Below are positions 1-13,214 of a stretch of 64,000 nt of DNA, piece by piece. The stretch's first letter is position 1. The number at the start of each line of letters is the position of its first letter. The notes beneath the pieces were generated by a model. It did not search any database. It had not been told where the DNA came from and saw only the letters and a list, made by a program, of their open reading frames with translations. A program made the position numbers and the translations under genes. This DNA comes from Raillietiella orientalis. Lineage: Eukaryota. The DNA lies in NCBI GenBank assembly GCA_036172245.1, contig JAYWIR010000004.1:5146001-5210000 (forward strand). The letters run 5' to 3'.

Positions 1-2750
1 CCCGCAAGCGCCTTTCTGACGCACATGGAAACCCGGTCTCGTGAATTCAAGACCTCCGTTGTTTGGAGCACGAAGACACTAAAGTCATATGTGTCTGAAC
101 GCGCATTTAGGGACGCTCTTGAAGACTGGCGATCGAAGACACCGAGCCCCGCCTATGCTTGGCTGGAAACTCGCCTCGCCAGCAAAGAATCCGGGGACCT
201 GATAACGCGCTCCTGTGCTTTCCAGTCCGAAAGAGGCTGGAGTGAAACGGAACGAAAGTCAACAACAACCTGAAGCCTTCTCCCCGTTGATAACTGCAAG
301 CAGAGGCTGAAACGCAAGCTCTATTCGTGGTCGTGCGCGTGGCCTAGGGACTGCGATACTCAATGGCGATTCCATTTTTCCCGAAGAGAAGCGCTCCCGG
401 AAGACAGGAGTAGCGTAAAATCCATGATCGCCGTTTCAAGGGCGGCAGAGTCCATATGAAAGGAGTGGAGAAACGGCCACATCCTTCCAACGAGACAGAC
501 CCGACAGTTCGTTCTTCCCAACTGAGACCGCTGCACTCTCTGCTTCCGGGAGGGTCATCTGGGGTGGCGGCGGACGGAACGCCGCGCGGTTCCCGGCAGT
601 TGCCCGTAGCGCGGAGCGCCGCGCGCTCGTGCTGCTCCCGAACTATGTCGGAAGAGAGAAGAATTCTCTCCCAGCCTCTCTGCCCCCTGACTGAAAGAGC
701 GCGATCACCCCGAACCAGACTTCTGCTTGTGCTCCACTCGAGCCATGACTTTCTTTCCTTCGCCTCTTGCCGGCGCCGCCAACTTTCGCTCCATCCAAAG
801 CCGAGCAGCCCTGTCTTCATCGCCCCGGACCGCGAGTGGGTTGTGTGGCCAGCCTCCCCCAACGGAATCATCCCCGACACTGATGAGCTGCTCGGAACGC
901 GGCCCCCCTCCATGCAGAATCTTCTCGATCCTAACCAGAACACTCACCCACCGCATCCCTATTCCCACTGTTTTCCAGCACTTGGAAACACTTGAGCCCT
1001 TTGGGCATCCATCCCAACAGCGTTAGACGGGAACACAGCACACCTCTCTTCAAGGTTGCCTACCATTTTAGTACGAAAGGGCCGGGGCTCTGGAAGGATT
1101 TTTCAGTCGAGGAGAAGCGCTTGAATGTGACCAGAAACAGGTGGTTTTTGAGGTGCTGCTGAGGTACCTTTTGGTCGGACGCAAAATTCTTGGGGGAATG
1201 CAAGTGGGGCAATTCCCACTTCATTTGGCGCGGGGTGTCAAATGAGGTGAGGATGCAAACACTGCAGCCTGAGGAGGAGGAGGGAAGGGGCTAAAGGTTG
1301 TTGTTGGGGACAGCATGAATCTGCAGGCGGGAATTCTTCTAATCATCTCGCTAATGGCGCAGAGCGGGCGCGCGGCCCACTCACGGAGTCGCCCGGAGGA
1401 ACATTCGGAAAAGCTGTGTAGGCGATCAGTCCGCGACCCCGTGCTCGCGAGGGAGGAGGCTGCACACCCAGCCTCGATGCTGGCGTTGGGAGGCGGACGG
1501 AGAGCGAACGGAAAGGGTCGACGACGTCTTCCACACGCCTGAGATCCGTGGCGAAGCGCCCGTGGGCTCCCTTCGCCTTCCTCGGGCATGGGGAAGCGCG
1601 CGCCAGCCAGCGAGCCAAGAAGGCGTCGATCCCGTCTTCACCTTCTTGAGGGAGACTGGGGAGGAGGGGGGTAAGGGACGAGCGGACCTTCCTCCCGCGT
1701 GTGAAGTCAGCCGGAGGAAACGTGCCGAAAGTTAGCCGGGAGGCAGAAGCGACTATTCCTTCTGGGAAGGATCGGGAAGACAAGGAAGACTTCCAGCCGA
1801 AGACCCTTTCCTGCTGATGTCCGGGAAGAGAGGCCTTCGCTCGCCGTTCGTGCGAGCAGTCAGCTGCACCACCTCGGCTCGCGCTGGCGGCTCCCGCGGT
1901 CGGTTGTGAAGACCAGCGCGACGTTCCCGCTGGTTTCCTCTTGCCCGGAGAGCTATGGTGATGTGACGCGGGCGAGCGTTCTGTCTTCCTGGCAAAGGGA
2001 TTCCGGAATCTTCCTCGAAGTCAGATGCTCCCGCAGTACTTTTCGATGCCGAAGACTTTGTCATTGGAGGGGCCCACACACCCCGAAAAGGAAGGGACCT
2101 TTCCCTCTTCCCCTTAAAGAGCGAGCGGCGGTGTCTCCTGTCCGGCCCCGGAGAGTGTCGTGGCTCCTGCTTATTGCGAGTCGCCGAAGCTGGCGGTCCC
2201 TTCCGAATGGCGCCATTCTGACAACCGAGATCCGCCACGGGCGCCACATGGGCGGATCTTGCGCTGCCCTCCGTTCGATGGAGTCGCCACTCGCTCTGTT
2301 CTCCACCAGGAGTCTTCCCGAAGAGCCTCAGCAGCCTCCCCCGCATCAAAGGGTTTTCCAGGACGCGCCGCGGCACGTCCTCTCGGGGTGCCGCTTTTCC
2401 TCCTTCTCAGACCGCCTCGCGCGCTTTTGGCGCTTCCCTGGATCTTCCGCATCCCCGGTCCTCGCGCCAGCGACCGACGGAGAAGGGAGCGGCCCTCGGT
2501 GAGGCAGGGGCGACGGCAGGGTGGAGGGGGAGGATCTGATGCCAGTTCGGCCGCGGCACTCCTTGTCGAGGAGCCCGCTGCCTCGCCGCGCGCGTGCGCC
2601 ATGCGGACAAGCCGCTTGCCTTCTGCGCCTCTGCGAGGCGCACGCTCTTGGTAAGCGGCTGCCATCCGCTTAGCCTTCCCGGGGACGTCGGGCGAGCCGC
2701 CTCCCGCAGCGTGTTGCCTCCTCCCTCGACTCTTGCACCGCGTCCACCGG
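1..2750 (-). mobile_element. Degenerate non-LTR retrotransposon (L1/Tx1-like ORF2 relic), boundaries approximate
   Basis: Minus-strand fragments in the expected order: APE-like 'GIDAFL...TDLR' (~1630-1540), RT-like 'GGWPHNPLAVRGDEDRAARL' (~860-800; cf. WRPISLLNTDYKILAK) and 'SRSLVRGDRAL' (~730-695; cf. Q.GFV.GR). Many frameshifts and stops. Confidence 0.45.
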
Positions 2751-3494
2751 ATCAATCATCCACTCTCCTCTTCCCTCCCCGGTGCGCGTCTGCGACATTC
2801 ACGGCCCACTGCCGAGATGCACGGGGAAAGTCCCCCTTTCCTCCTGTTCGTGGAAAATAGGAAGCGAGCGAGAGCGTATGTGCAACCCATCGAGCCCTGG
2901 AGAAGGTTTCCTACATTCCAACCCCCTTCCTCCCTCCAATTTACGCTTTATCACATGGAAAACGGGGAAACGGGGAGATGCACCTCATCGGTGCCCTTCT
3001 GATAGCAAGGAGCTTCTGGGAAAACGTTTCGAATCGCTGTTGTACCACTGCGCTTGTTTCCTGTAGAGTGAGTGCCGCACGTTGGACGCCTTGCGGCGGC
3101 ATCTCGGAAGGAACGCAAAATTAACGACGGCAAGAGGGAAGTCCACCGATCGTGCCGGTGTCACGTGCTCAGGAAACGGGAGCCTCTCCCAGAGGACTAC
3201 CTATTTCCCAGACTCCTCCGTCCCTCCCGGCCTAAGCCGCGCACTGCATTCTGTCGTGACCTCGCCGCCCCTACTCCCCTCCGCACTGTTTCACAGTAGT
3301 CGACTGGAGGAAAGACGTCACGGCTAAGGAACGGATGGTTGGTGACAGGGCAAGGTGAAGCATGCGAACCCACGGATTGTCAAGAGAGGTCTCTTGCGCG
3401 CTCCTTACGGACGGTTTCCAATCACCACCACCCTTCCCTCGATTGCATTTCGAGCCCCCGAGGCATGGCAAACCTCTATCCTCTTCTGTTGCAG

Positions 3495-3669
3495 GCTGAA
3501 GTATCTGGAAGCGGAAAACGAATCCTTGCTGTCGGCGCTGAAAGAGCGGGACGAGGCAACCAAACAGAGCACGGAGCAGTTCTTCCGGCTGCTGAACGAA
3601 ACCCGGAGGATGTTCCTGGAGAGCCTGCGCAACCCCGGTTCCGGGGACGCCGGGAGGCTGAGCGCATAA
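3495..3669 (+). CDS. Terminal coding exon of a coiled-coil protein, CCDC13-like C-terminus
   Basis: Acceptor ctcttctgttgcag|g at 3494. The exon encodes (R)LKYLEAENESLLSALKERDEATKQSTEQFFRLLNETRRMFLESLRN...*, matching the RL.....ENE.L..AL...[F/Y]...L......FL..LR spacing I recall for the CCDC13 C-terminus. AATAAA at ~3889. Upstream exons not identified. Confidence 0.5.
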
Positions 3670-4054
3670 AACCGCCAGGGGAGCCGGCCGAGTGGTCTTC
3701 CTCCTTCTGGTGGCTTTCAGGAGGGAGGGGGTAAGAGAAAAAGGAAGGGGATGTTGCGATCGCCTGAGGGCGCATGGCGGCTGGAGGATCACCGGCCCAC
3801 ACTGGAAGTCGAGAAGCGACCGACCGACCTGCTCAAAAAAAAAGCGAAGCAAACAACAGCAACAGCGACGACAACCAAAGGGAAGCAAAAATAAAGAAAA
3901 AAGGGCATCCTGTCCTCGCTCTTCCTCTCCTTCTCCGCTGCACCGCCACACCCCTCTTCTTTGACGTCTTTCTCCTTCTCCCACCTCCGCATTTTCTTCT
4001 CCGCTCTCCGTGGGTGCAGGGTTGCCCTCGGAACGCAGTCGCACGACAGTCGCG

Positions 4055-7000
4055 ATGGCTGAGACGGCGAAGGTGGTCGTGGTCTTCCTGATGATCATCG
4101 CCACGGTGTTCTCTACGTCCAATTGCCCCCAGGAAAAGGCGCCCATCTGCGCTTCCAACGGGAAGACGTACAGGAACAAATGCTACTTCGATTACTACGC
4201 CAAGCCGCAAGGTAAAAAGTCCTTCGGCGACCCGTTTTCCCCAGGTGGGAGGAGGGGAGGGGAGCGGAGGGGTGGTGGCACTTGGGCCCTCCATCCACGA
4301 GTCAAGCCGGGGGACCGGCGGCACGAGAGGAATAGCAGCTTGGCTGTTGAAACGGAGCGAGCCGAGCTGTGGTTCCTGGAAGAGCGTGCAGGAGACTCTG
4401 CGGTGCCAGAGGGATCGGAGGGGGTGGAAAATTACTTTCCGGGAGAGGGAGGTTGCTCATCCCTGTTCCGTTCCCTTCGCAACCCATTCGCACTGAGGAG
4501 GCAGCTCCGCGTCGCGGACGCAAGAGGCCTTCCGACGGAATGCCATCCGATCGGCCTCATGCTCTCTCTCTCTCTCCCGGACAATCGCGGGCCGTGCGAG
4601 AGGCGCTGACTTCTGGGAAAAGAACGATCCAGGCTCGCGAGTGCCGTCGAAGCGGGAAAGTTCCCTCGACCCACGGACCGCTTACGCGGATGCAATCGGC
4701 CTTTCGGAACGCTGCTGTCTTTCCGTAGGCACAACGGCAAGAGAAGGTGGCAGCGGCATCAGGTTTCCGACATCTGCTTGCTGCCGTTGCCCGACGAGCA
4801 ATGGCCACGAAGATCTTCCTCCCACCCCATTTCCTTCCTTCCTTCCTTTCCACGAGGCTCCTCTTTCTCTCTTTCTTTTTTCACCGGTTCCCTTGCCTGC
4901 TTTTCCTCACGTTGGTTTAACAGCACGGTACGCACCAAACCCAAGAGTGTCTGTGTGGGGGGAAGAGGGAAGCTCGAAATGATGCCTGAGTGATGGTGAG
5001 GAGATATGGTGAGGACACACATCGGAAGCCGGAGCGCGGAGGAGGCCGGTCGCCTCGTCCGATGGGGAAGAACCCAGGGTGAACGCGAAACAACCCGCGT
5101 CCACAAGCATGGTACGTCACCGCCTTTCTCCCTCACTCTTGGCACCCTGAGAGCGCATGCACGGATGAGCTCCCAAACTTTCTGCAACAACAGTGCCGGA
5201 TGGGAGCAGAAGTAGGGAGCGGCTGGGGATGGAGAGACAGCTGTTGAGGCGCTGCCTGCTGTTCGCCTCGAGCATTGTTGCTCCGCGCAATCCAGCGCAC
5301 TTCGACCTTAGCCCAGGGGCCGAGAAGCGGTCTGGCAGACTCCACGGAAGTGGAGTCATTCCGCGGCCTTCACTTTCTGACAGTTTTTAGGGTGGTTCTG
5401 CATGACAAGACGTCAGAACTACGCCGCTTTAGGAAACTTTGGGCGGTCAGCCAGTGCCCTCTGTCCAAGACGCATGATTGTTTGCGCGGAGAACGGCCAC
5501 GATCCCAGCAGAGCTGATACTCCGACTGTAAAACGGAGCCTAACCACACCTAACCACAGTAAAATGAAAGGGGTGGGCCACACAGAATGGATTGTGAGAG
5601 ATTTTCCAGCTCCGTGTCAAACTGTGTATGCAAGCGTTCTGAAAAATTGGATTACGAATACGCGAGCAGCGCTATATGGGATTCGCTCCTGACGAGGCCG
5701 AATTTCAGCGTGTGTGTGTGTCAGAGCAGGAATGTCGCACATTCTTCGGCCAAACGATGGCTTCTAGGCCGGAAAGAGAAGCAGGTTCACTAGTCGGTAT
5801 GCATGCAATCAGTCGTTGCTGCGGTCATGGACGAAACGACCGCGTACGCCGTACATGAGTCGATCGTCGTCAGAGTACAGTGATGAAGAGTTGGGAACGG
5901 TAATTTGAAACAGTCTGCTTATTTGCGGTGGGAAAGCGGGGGGGGGGGGGAATCGCTTGCGCAATTTCCCGAGCGAGAGGAACACACCGAAGGCCATGGA
6001 AGACCCAGATGGAGACACACGGGACGGATACCTCCACTGTGATTTCTAAACCGTGTGTCTAGTTTGTTTCCGCACGGAAAGGAAGTTCCCATCCGCGGTC
6101 TGGCAGGAACTCCCATCTGAAGTGCGGTTGCTTGGTCGTTTTCACATCGACCAAACGATGGACCGCGCCGTTGCTGATTCATACAGTAGAAAATTATGAC
6201 TCGATGTTTTCTGAGCAACTGGCAGGTAAAAGATTTTATCCACATTGTATCCAGAATTGTATATCCTTAAAACCCAAGTGCCCTCTCCCCCCTCCTGTCC
6301 CTTTTTGCTTTTCGGTTTCGCCGTTAAAAGCAGTAGTAGTGGAAAGTGGCGAAAAGGAATTGGGCAGAGAAGGAGAGCGATTACAAACGATGTGTCGTAT
6401 ATTTCGAACGCCATTCGCATAACCACGAACTCGTAGTGCGCACGAAAATTGCGGAAAAAAGTGTGCAGGAAAGTCTCTCTCTGTCGTTTTCCCCGCACGT
6501 AATACGCGTTGGCGTGCACCTGCCAACCGGAATGTCAACAGCCGTTGCGCCCCGGTGTGGGCGACGCGCTCTCAGCTTTCAACATGGAGGAGGGCCGCGC
6601 CGCTCCGCCTCGTAGGCCCTAGAAGGGTGACGGCGGCGGATGGAGGACAGCGGAGGGCGTTCGAGAAACTGGACGCGTCTCCATTCCTTTCTTTCGCATC
6701 TTTCCGATTCTGTTCGTTCTCCGTCTTCGTTTCTGGAATGAGGTCGAACCGCCCTTCCGACGAAGCGAATGAGGCGGTGGCCACCACCCCTCTCTGTTTG
6801 AGCACCTACTTGCACCACACCGCGATCCCGGTTCCCCGAAGCAGCTCGTGTCCTCGTGGTCCGCGAAGAGTCCTCTTTTCCTTTCCGTCCCAAAGGTTGC
6901 TCCTGGACGAGAGGGAGCCAGACTCTCTAGCGAGAAAACCCTCCAGGGGGAAATTCGGGCCACAGCAGGCGAAGCGCTAATGCTGCAAGAACCGGGAGGA

Positions 7001-8144
7001 AGGGATCTGCTTCCTGCCTTCTGGGCAGGAGATGCTCCTGTCCAGAGGCAGTCCTCCTTGTCCAGTGCTCTCGCTGCTTGCTGCCTCGTTCAGAGAGGGA
7101 GGTTTGCTTCGCCGCTCCCACGCCTCCTCGTCCGGGGGCGAGCTAGCGGTAGTTCCTCCTCCTCCTTCCCGGAGTTCCCGGATGTGCGGTTCTTCGACTG
7201 GGACTGCGAAATTGCGCGCATGGGATCGGAACCGACGAGAGGCGAGAGGGCGGCGGGGAAATGGGGAGGTCCGCGTGGATTTCCAGAAGTTACGACGCCT
7301 CCAGACTCCTCAAGAGCGCGTGGACGTCCCGGCTTCCTCCAGGAGGAAGGAGCGAAGAAGCCAGCTCCAAGGACAAGGAGCAACCATACCTTTTCCGGGC
7401 TCTTTCTCCGGTCGCATTGGACGTCCCTAAGGATGGGTAGCTCCAGGGGATGGAAGCTGGTGTCGGGCTGCGCACCGACCGTTTTAGAGATGAGGCTCGT
7501 AGGCCAAGGCTGGACCATCTGGGTTCGCCTCGCTCCCGAGGTATTCACACCCGGGGGCGGCGACGAATCTCCTCTCTCCTCCCTCCTCTCACCCCCCTGC
7601 ACAGATGGCACCGTGCATGGGCGGGAAATAGGGCGGGTCAAGCCCGCGAAGCCTCCCGAGATGTGTGTTCCCTCCCGATGCCAGGAGCCCTACAGTGGGA
7701 ATCGACGGACGGGAGCAGGGGGCACGAGGTTCGACAAGAGGGGTCATTCTGGGTCGCCGGCAGGCGACTAATCCCTCCTCCTGGGAAAAGGAGGAGACTC
7801 CGATCGAATTTCCTTCGGGAGAAAAGCCGGCTACAGGGATCTGCGTAAAAGGGCGAGAGTTGCGGACACGCACCGTTGCACGAGGGTCCACACGCTGTTC
7901 ACGAGCACGTCAGGAGAGACGGGGATGCGGAGGAATTGCCGAGCCCGTCCTCCTCCGGACTACTACGAGGGTAAAGAAAGGAGGGGGAAGCTACACGTGG
8001 GAGAAAAACTTCGAGGTGCGCACGCGAACATCATTGTCCTTTGTCATTCCAGGGCACACGCTTCGCTTCCGTGGGTACTGCCCTCCCAAATACCCTGGAG
8101 GGGTGATACCCCTATACTCCAGGCTGGGCTACTTCAAGCAGTAG
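4055..8144 (+). CDS. Secreted single-domain atypical (4-Cys) Kazal-type serine protease inhibitor, paralog 1; exons 4055-4211 and 8053-8144
   Basis: Signal peptide MAETAKVVVVFLMIIATVFSTS, then CPQEKAPICASNGKTYRNKCYFDYYAKPQ. Phase-1 donor g|gtaaaa at 4211; phase-compatible acceptor tttgtcattccag|gg at 8052 gives GHTLRFRGYCPPKYPGGVIPLYSRLGYFKQ*, clearly homologous to exon 2 of paralog 2. AATAAA at 8264-8269. The join across the 3.8-kb intron is inferred. Confidence 0.75.
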
Positions 8145-9693
8145 CGGGACCTCCAAGAGGAAAGCAGACTCTGGCCTTCCTTCAGGTGGGGAGGAAGGAA
8201 AGGGCACGTGTCTCGGAGAGGATGACCGACGACTGGACAGACTGGGAGAATCTGCGAGGGTGAAATAAAAAAGCTCCTGGTCAAAAGAGAAAGAGGGGGG
8301 TGAGGAGGAGGGGGGGGGAGAATTTAGCTGCTTTCCCGCAACGACCAGTTCCGAGCCTGGTGCACCCTTCCACGAACGAGCCCAAGGTTTTGCTGCAGCA
8401 ACGCTCTCCTTTCTGTGAATCTATCCCGGACGAGCTGGTCTGAGGAGAGATCAGAGAACCCGCAGCCCTTCAGAAATCTTCGCGGGACAGAGATGGGAAG
8501 GGGGTTGCTCCCCCTTCCGCCTCTTCCACGTATGCGCCTGAGCCACACAGGAAGGAAGAGGTGAGGCAGGAGTCAAGGCATCGACAAGCCTGTTCCTCAG
8601 ATGGGTGAGAACTGCCTGCCTCTTTCCTGCCAGGGACCCTCCATGCTCAGAGACTTGCGGCCGCTTCCTCGAAGCCACCTCCGCCCTGCACCGGCTGTTC
8701 CCCGATGCTGCCGGTTCCTTTGCGTGAGCGTCCCGTTTCCCTGAAGAGGTTTCTTAACAGGGAATCTCCCGTGGATGAAGCTTTGCCGCCTTCCAGCAGT
8801 CCACAGGGAGTGTCCGTGCGCTATGCCTGTGAAAGGACTCGGCTAGCATGCCGGGGACAAATCCAACACCACCGATCACACAGGCTACGGCTTCCGACAT
8901 GGCACTCGACGTGACAAGAAGCGTGTCAATAATTCCTCGATGTTGCGTAATAGACTTTGGCAGCGATCCCCAAGACAGTATGAGCACAGCCTAATGCGCA
9001 AAAGCACGTACAATTGGAGCCAGCTACACCAAGGATTGCAGGTGCGCCGAAAGTCAAGTCTTAGTTCCCTGGAACAAACAAAGAGCGCCGTTGGAGTGCT
9101 TATCTTTGTCATTGTAGCTGATGGGTCACCACGCAAGTGGCGTTGGTGTTTCCTGCGGGCTTACTCTCAGAGTCGCGCAACGTGCAACCACGGCTGTCAC
9201 TTTTGGAAGCGCTCGGTTCCTGAAACGTAGCTCGTTTGCCCCCTTTTCCGACGACTGCTTCTCACTGGAGCACAATGACAAATCGGCTGTCACTTTCGCG
9301 GCGGAAGCGTGCGTCGCTAAGTCAAATGCAGATAACGAAGAAACCTCTTTCTCCTCGCCTTCGCTCCTCGCACCTTTTCCTCCGTTCACCGTTGCACAAT
9401 TTTCGGTAAACGTAGGATGTCACCTCACTCAAACGCGTTTGAAAAAGTCCGGATGAAAAGGAAAAAAAAAAGATAAAACGGGAACGAGCCCCCTTACGTC
9501 AACGTAACCGGGAATACTCAACGACGACCTTGAAAAACGCTCAGTGTTACCATCCGCACCCAACGTGAATCGGACGGACGAGAAACATCACCGTGATGTG
9601 TCCCTCGGGCACAAAGACCTTTGTCGCAGAAGGGTCGAGCGGCGCCATTGAAATAAATCTGCTTGCCGATGACACATCAGCACGTGCATCGAA

Positions 9694-11940
9694 TTTGTCA
9701 CCCGGATTTGCCGGGGCATTTATTACAAAAATTTTCATAATCAAGCGGAAATTTTACACGTCGAGATGGAACACTTGGTTCTACCCCTCACGAAAAACTT
9801 GTCATAACCAGTGCGCGGACAGGTGAGGTCCTCTCCATTGGCGAAAGGGAAGGGCAAACCACAAAAAAAAAAAAAAAAAATTAACAAAAAATGAGAAAAA
9901 AGGAAGCGAAATGTTTTTCAGGCCGAAGGGAGGGAGGGAAGGGATCACTGAACGCCTGGAGTCGACCTCTGCATCCTGTCTAGGATGTTGACAAGTTCTG
10001 TTTTCGTATTTCCTGGAAGGGACCATTGACAAGAGGTCTTCAAGAAGATTTCCTCCTAGTGAATGGCATCCCTGCTGTTTTTCCCTCTTCTCTCTGCGTT
10101 GCTTCTTGCCAGGATTCTGCTTGCTCAGCAGAGAACTGCTAGAGATGCGGCTGGGGGGCACGGCGTCACGCATGAAGAGGCACCGGAAAATGTTCTTGGG
10201 GTCGCCTGCCGGGATTTTTAGGATCAACGAAAGTCGATTCCAAAGAGCACGGAGGACGGCACAGTCTACTAAGAGATGCGGGAAGGTTTCCCTTTCGTCG
10301 CACTCTGCACAATGGACATCCACACTTCCAAGTGTGCAGTGAGAGAGGCGTACTCTGCATGGAATTTCCCAATGCAACAACAGCAGCACCGTCTCTTGCC
10401 ACTTCAGGGAGAGGGTAGCATTGTCCCGACACGCAAGCGGCCACCTTCCCTCCTCCTGAGCGAGCAGTAATGCGAGCAGCTCTCCCCAGCGCAGAAGTCC
10501 CTTAAGCAGGACACTCGAGGTCGCAGCATTCGTTAGTTGCTGAGTTGTTCAGAAGTTTTCTCCTGCTTCCAACGAGGCAGAACACTTCACACTTAGCCCG
10601 TTCGCTGTTGCTCCTAGCGTTTCTGAATGAGGTCAGCACTGGGGCAAGGGGGGTAGACGAAGCCCACAGCAGTTTGAGTGGGTTGCAAACGATCTCCCGC
10701 AGGGACTGTGGAGCGTAGGTTCCTCTCTCCTGAGGAGCGCTTCGAGTAGAGCCTACAGCAATGGCTTCCGTCGTCCCTTCACCATGACCCAACTGATCCC
10801 CAGTACAAGAGATTTCGGTGTTAACCCCGGGCATGCCACCGGGGGCAAGTATCAGAATCCGATGACTCGATCCAAACGCGAAACATGAATCTTCAGGATG
10901 CACACGCGTTCGTAAAGATGATTGCCTCGCATGCCTTTGCTTTCTCACGCAGGACCCTGGACACAACGAGGAAGTTCCAATTTCCAAGACTGTGACCATA
11001 TCTTGAACGTTTGCGTCGTCGAATGCATCTTTAAATCGCGAAATAGATTATTGTTCCTGGAGGCACGGGAGTATGCACAGTGCACACATTTTTATTTTTT
11101 TTTTCCCCTGAATGTCGTGCTGGAAGGGATATCAGATTCAGGTGCTTCTTACGAACCACAAGGCGAGGATAGCCATCCGTATTTAAAAGAGGATAAGATC
11201 CTTCTTCCATGTCATGCAATTCTCAAAGGATTCGCCATTTCTCTACGGTGGCTTCTTCAGCACTTCAATGTTTTTTTTTTTTCCTTTCACCACAGACCGC
11301 ACCTCCTCGTGCGCGTCACCTGCAACTCGCCTCCATTTCTAATAAGTTTTTTAGGCCGGAAGTGACCGATGGGTGGAGAAGGATCTGTTTTCCAGCCACC
11401 GTAGAAATAACCGCCTCACTTGCAGGAGCGTATTTCTGCGCTTGATTTTCCTCTGGAGCCGAGAATACATCCCACCCCTCTAACTTCTTGGGATCAGCCC
11501 AAGAGAGTTCTAAGTTGCTGCATTTTCCGCCTGGTTGATCCTCTCTTTACTCTTGCCGACACTTCCTAAGGATAAACAGCATACCCAAGCCAAAGGTCTA
11601 CAGCCACGCCCTGCTCCTCAGCGCTACCGGCCTGTTTGGGATCTTCAGTCTGTTCCAGTCGTTGCCAAGTGCAAGTGCCCAATGTTTCCACCTCTGCGTT
11701 CAGACCCTTCCTCGAGTCTTCCTTTGTCCTTGAGCAGAGGGTCGGGTACACGAAAAACATGAGACGAAGCAGCTGCTGCGAAGCGTATGGGGCATGTCGG
11801 CTCCCGGACTCCGGACCTAGCAGACGGCCGAAAGGTCTCCCCCGCGAGGAACAGCCTGGCGTCGACGCGCATCCGGAAAGACAGCACTCGAACGCTCACG
11901 AAATAGGTGGAAGAGACGAACGCGTAGCGGGGAATCTGCT
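9694..11940 (-). mobile_element. L1/Tx1-like LINE, copy A (5'-truncated, degenerate)
   Basis: zf-RVT-like CAECDERETFPHLLVDCAVLRALWNRLSLIL (~10310-10220); RT G.RQG-like relic near 11860; 3' UTR and terminal AATAAA+hairpin at 9694-9724 alignable with 39306-39620. Confidence 0.75.
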
Positions 11941-11943
11941 GTG

Positions 11944-13200
11944 TTCTCACCCGGATACGCCGGAACATTTATTTGTAAATAAAATAAACCTTTACGATCT
12001 TTGTGGTTGGACTTGAGCTCCAACCACGTCCTTTTTAGATCTAAGCTGCCGCGGTACCGGTTCTCAGATCGGTGAGGTGCACTACGGCCAGGAGAGAGGA
12101 GGAAGCAAACAAACAGAAAAAGAAACAGAATAAAACAATTTGGGATAAGAAAGGGGGGGAGGTGAGGGGAGGGATCAGTGTCTGCTGGGGGCGATCCTCT
12201 GCATCCTTTGGAGGATGCCGAGAAGGTCTTACTGGATATTGCTGTCCAGGTGGAGCCATCTCGCTGCCATCATGAATCGAACGGCGAAGTGGATGTGGTA
12301 CCCCTGCTGTATGGTCCTCCTCTTGCGTCGCTCCAGGCAGCGACGATCCCGCGTAGGCAGCAGAGAGCTGCTAACGTGACTGGGACCGTAAAGCGTCCCT
12401 GGAGTTGCCGCCGGGGGTTCCAAGGGTCGTGGCAAAGCGGGGAATCGGCTGCGTGGTGATGTCGGCGAGTGGGCGGCGTGTGCTCGCGGGTGTGCACGCC
12501 TGCGTCTCGATGTGCCTTTCGTACAGTGCCGAATCAGAACAGCAAAGGTATGCCAAGAAGCGTCGTGGCACTAGATTCGCAGCGAGGGAGCACGGGAGCT
12601 CCAAGTTCTTAGCTTTACGCTGACGCTTCCGGCTACGAGTGCAGCAGACATCCAGGTCGTCGGTGAAGGTGGGTCAGTGAGAAATGTGGTAAAAACGAGA
12701 TTTGCAAGTGACTCATCAAAAATCAAAAGAAAAGGATGATGGTGATTTGGTTTCGAAGTCTGAACGTGTTTGAACTGCTGCCGGGTCAAGAAGAACTGCT
12801 TTGAAGGCACAGCGACGTAGGACAGCCACGAGGAGAGTCTGAGACCGCGGGACCGATGTGACCCAAAGCGCTTTGTGTGTGTGTGTGTGTCGTTCGGGAG
12901 TCAGCAGTGCCAGTCCGTCGCGAGCTCGAGTCTTCCGTCGACCCTTCCGATTGCCCAGTGACCCCGGTGAATTCCTGTCGCTTCTACGAAAAATTCCTCC
13001 GTCTGTCCATCCGGTAGGCTTCACAGCACCTGGACCCGTGAGACGAGCTGAGCTGATGAATGGCATCGGAGGGGAGAAAGGGAGGCGGGGAAGGACACGT
13101 GAGGTGGAAAAGGAGTCTGCGGATGATTCTGCGCAAGATGAGGTTTCAGGGGTACTCGCAAGGGACACCAGCTTGATTTCGCGTTCTTTGGCGGAGTTTC
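11944..13200 (-). mobile_element. L1/Tx1-like LINE, copy B (3' portion)
   Basis: Same terminal motif (tcacccggatacgccggaacatttatt, 11944-11973) and same ORF2-end motif cctctgcatcc...ggatg (~12196-12217) as copies A and E. Extra hairpin gtggttgga/tccaaccac at 12003-12027. Confidence 0.6.
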
Positions 13201-13214
13201 CGAATTTCTAATGT

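Noticed and set aside
4010..4609. 199-aa single-exon Kazal ORF
   Set aside because: Similarity stops at the GT donor at 4212; the remainder is intron read-through.
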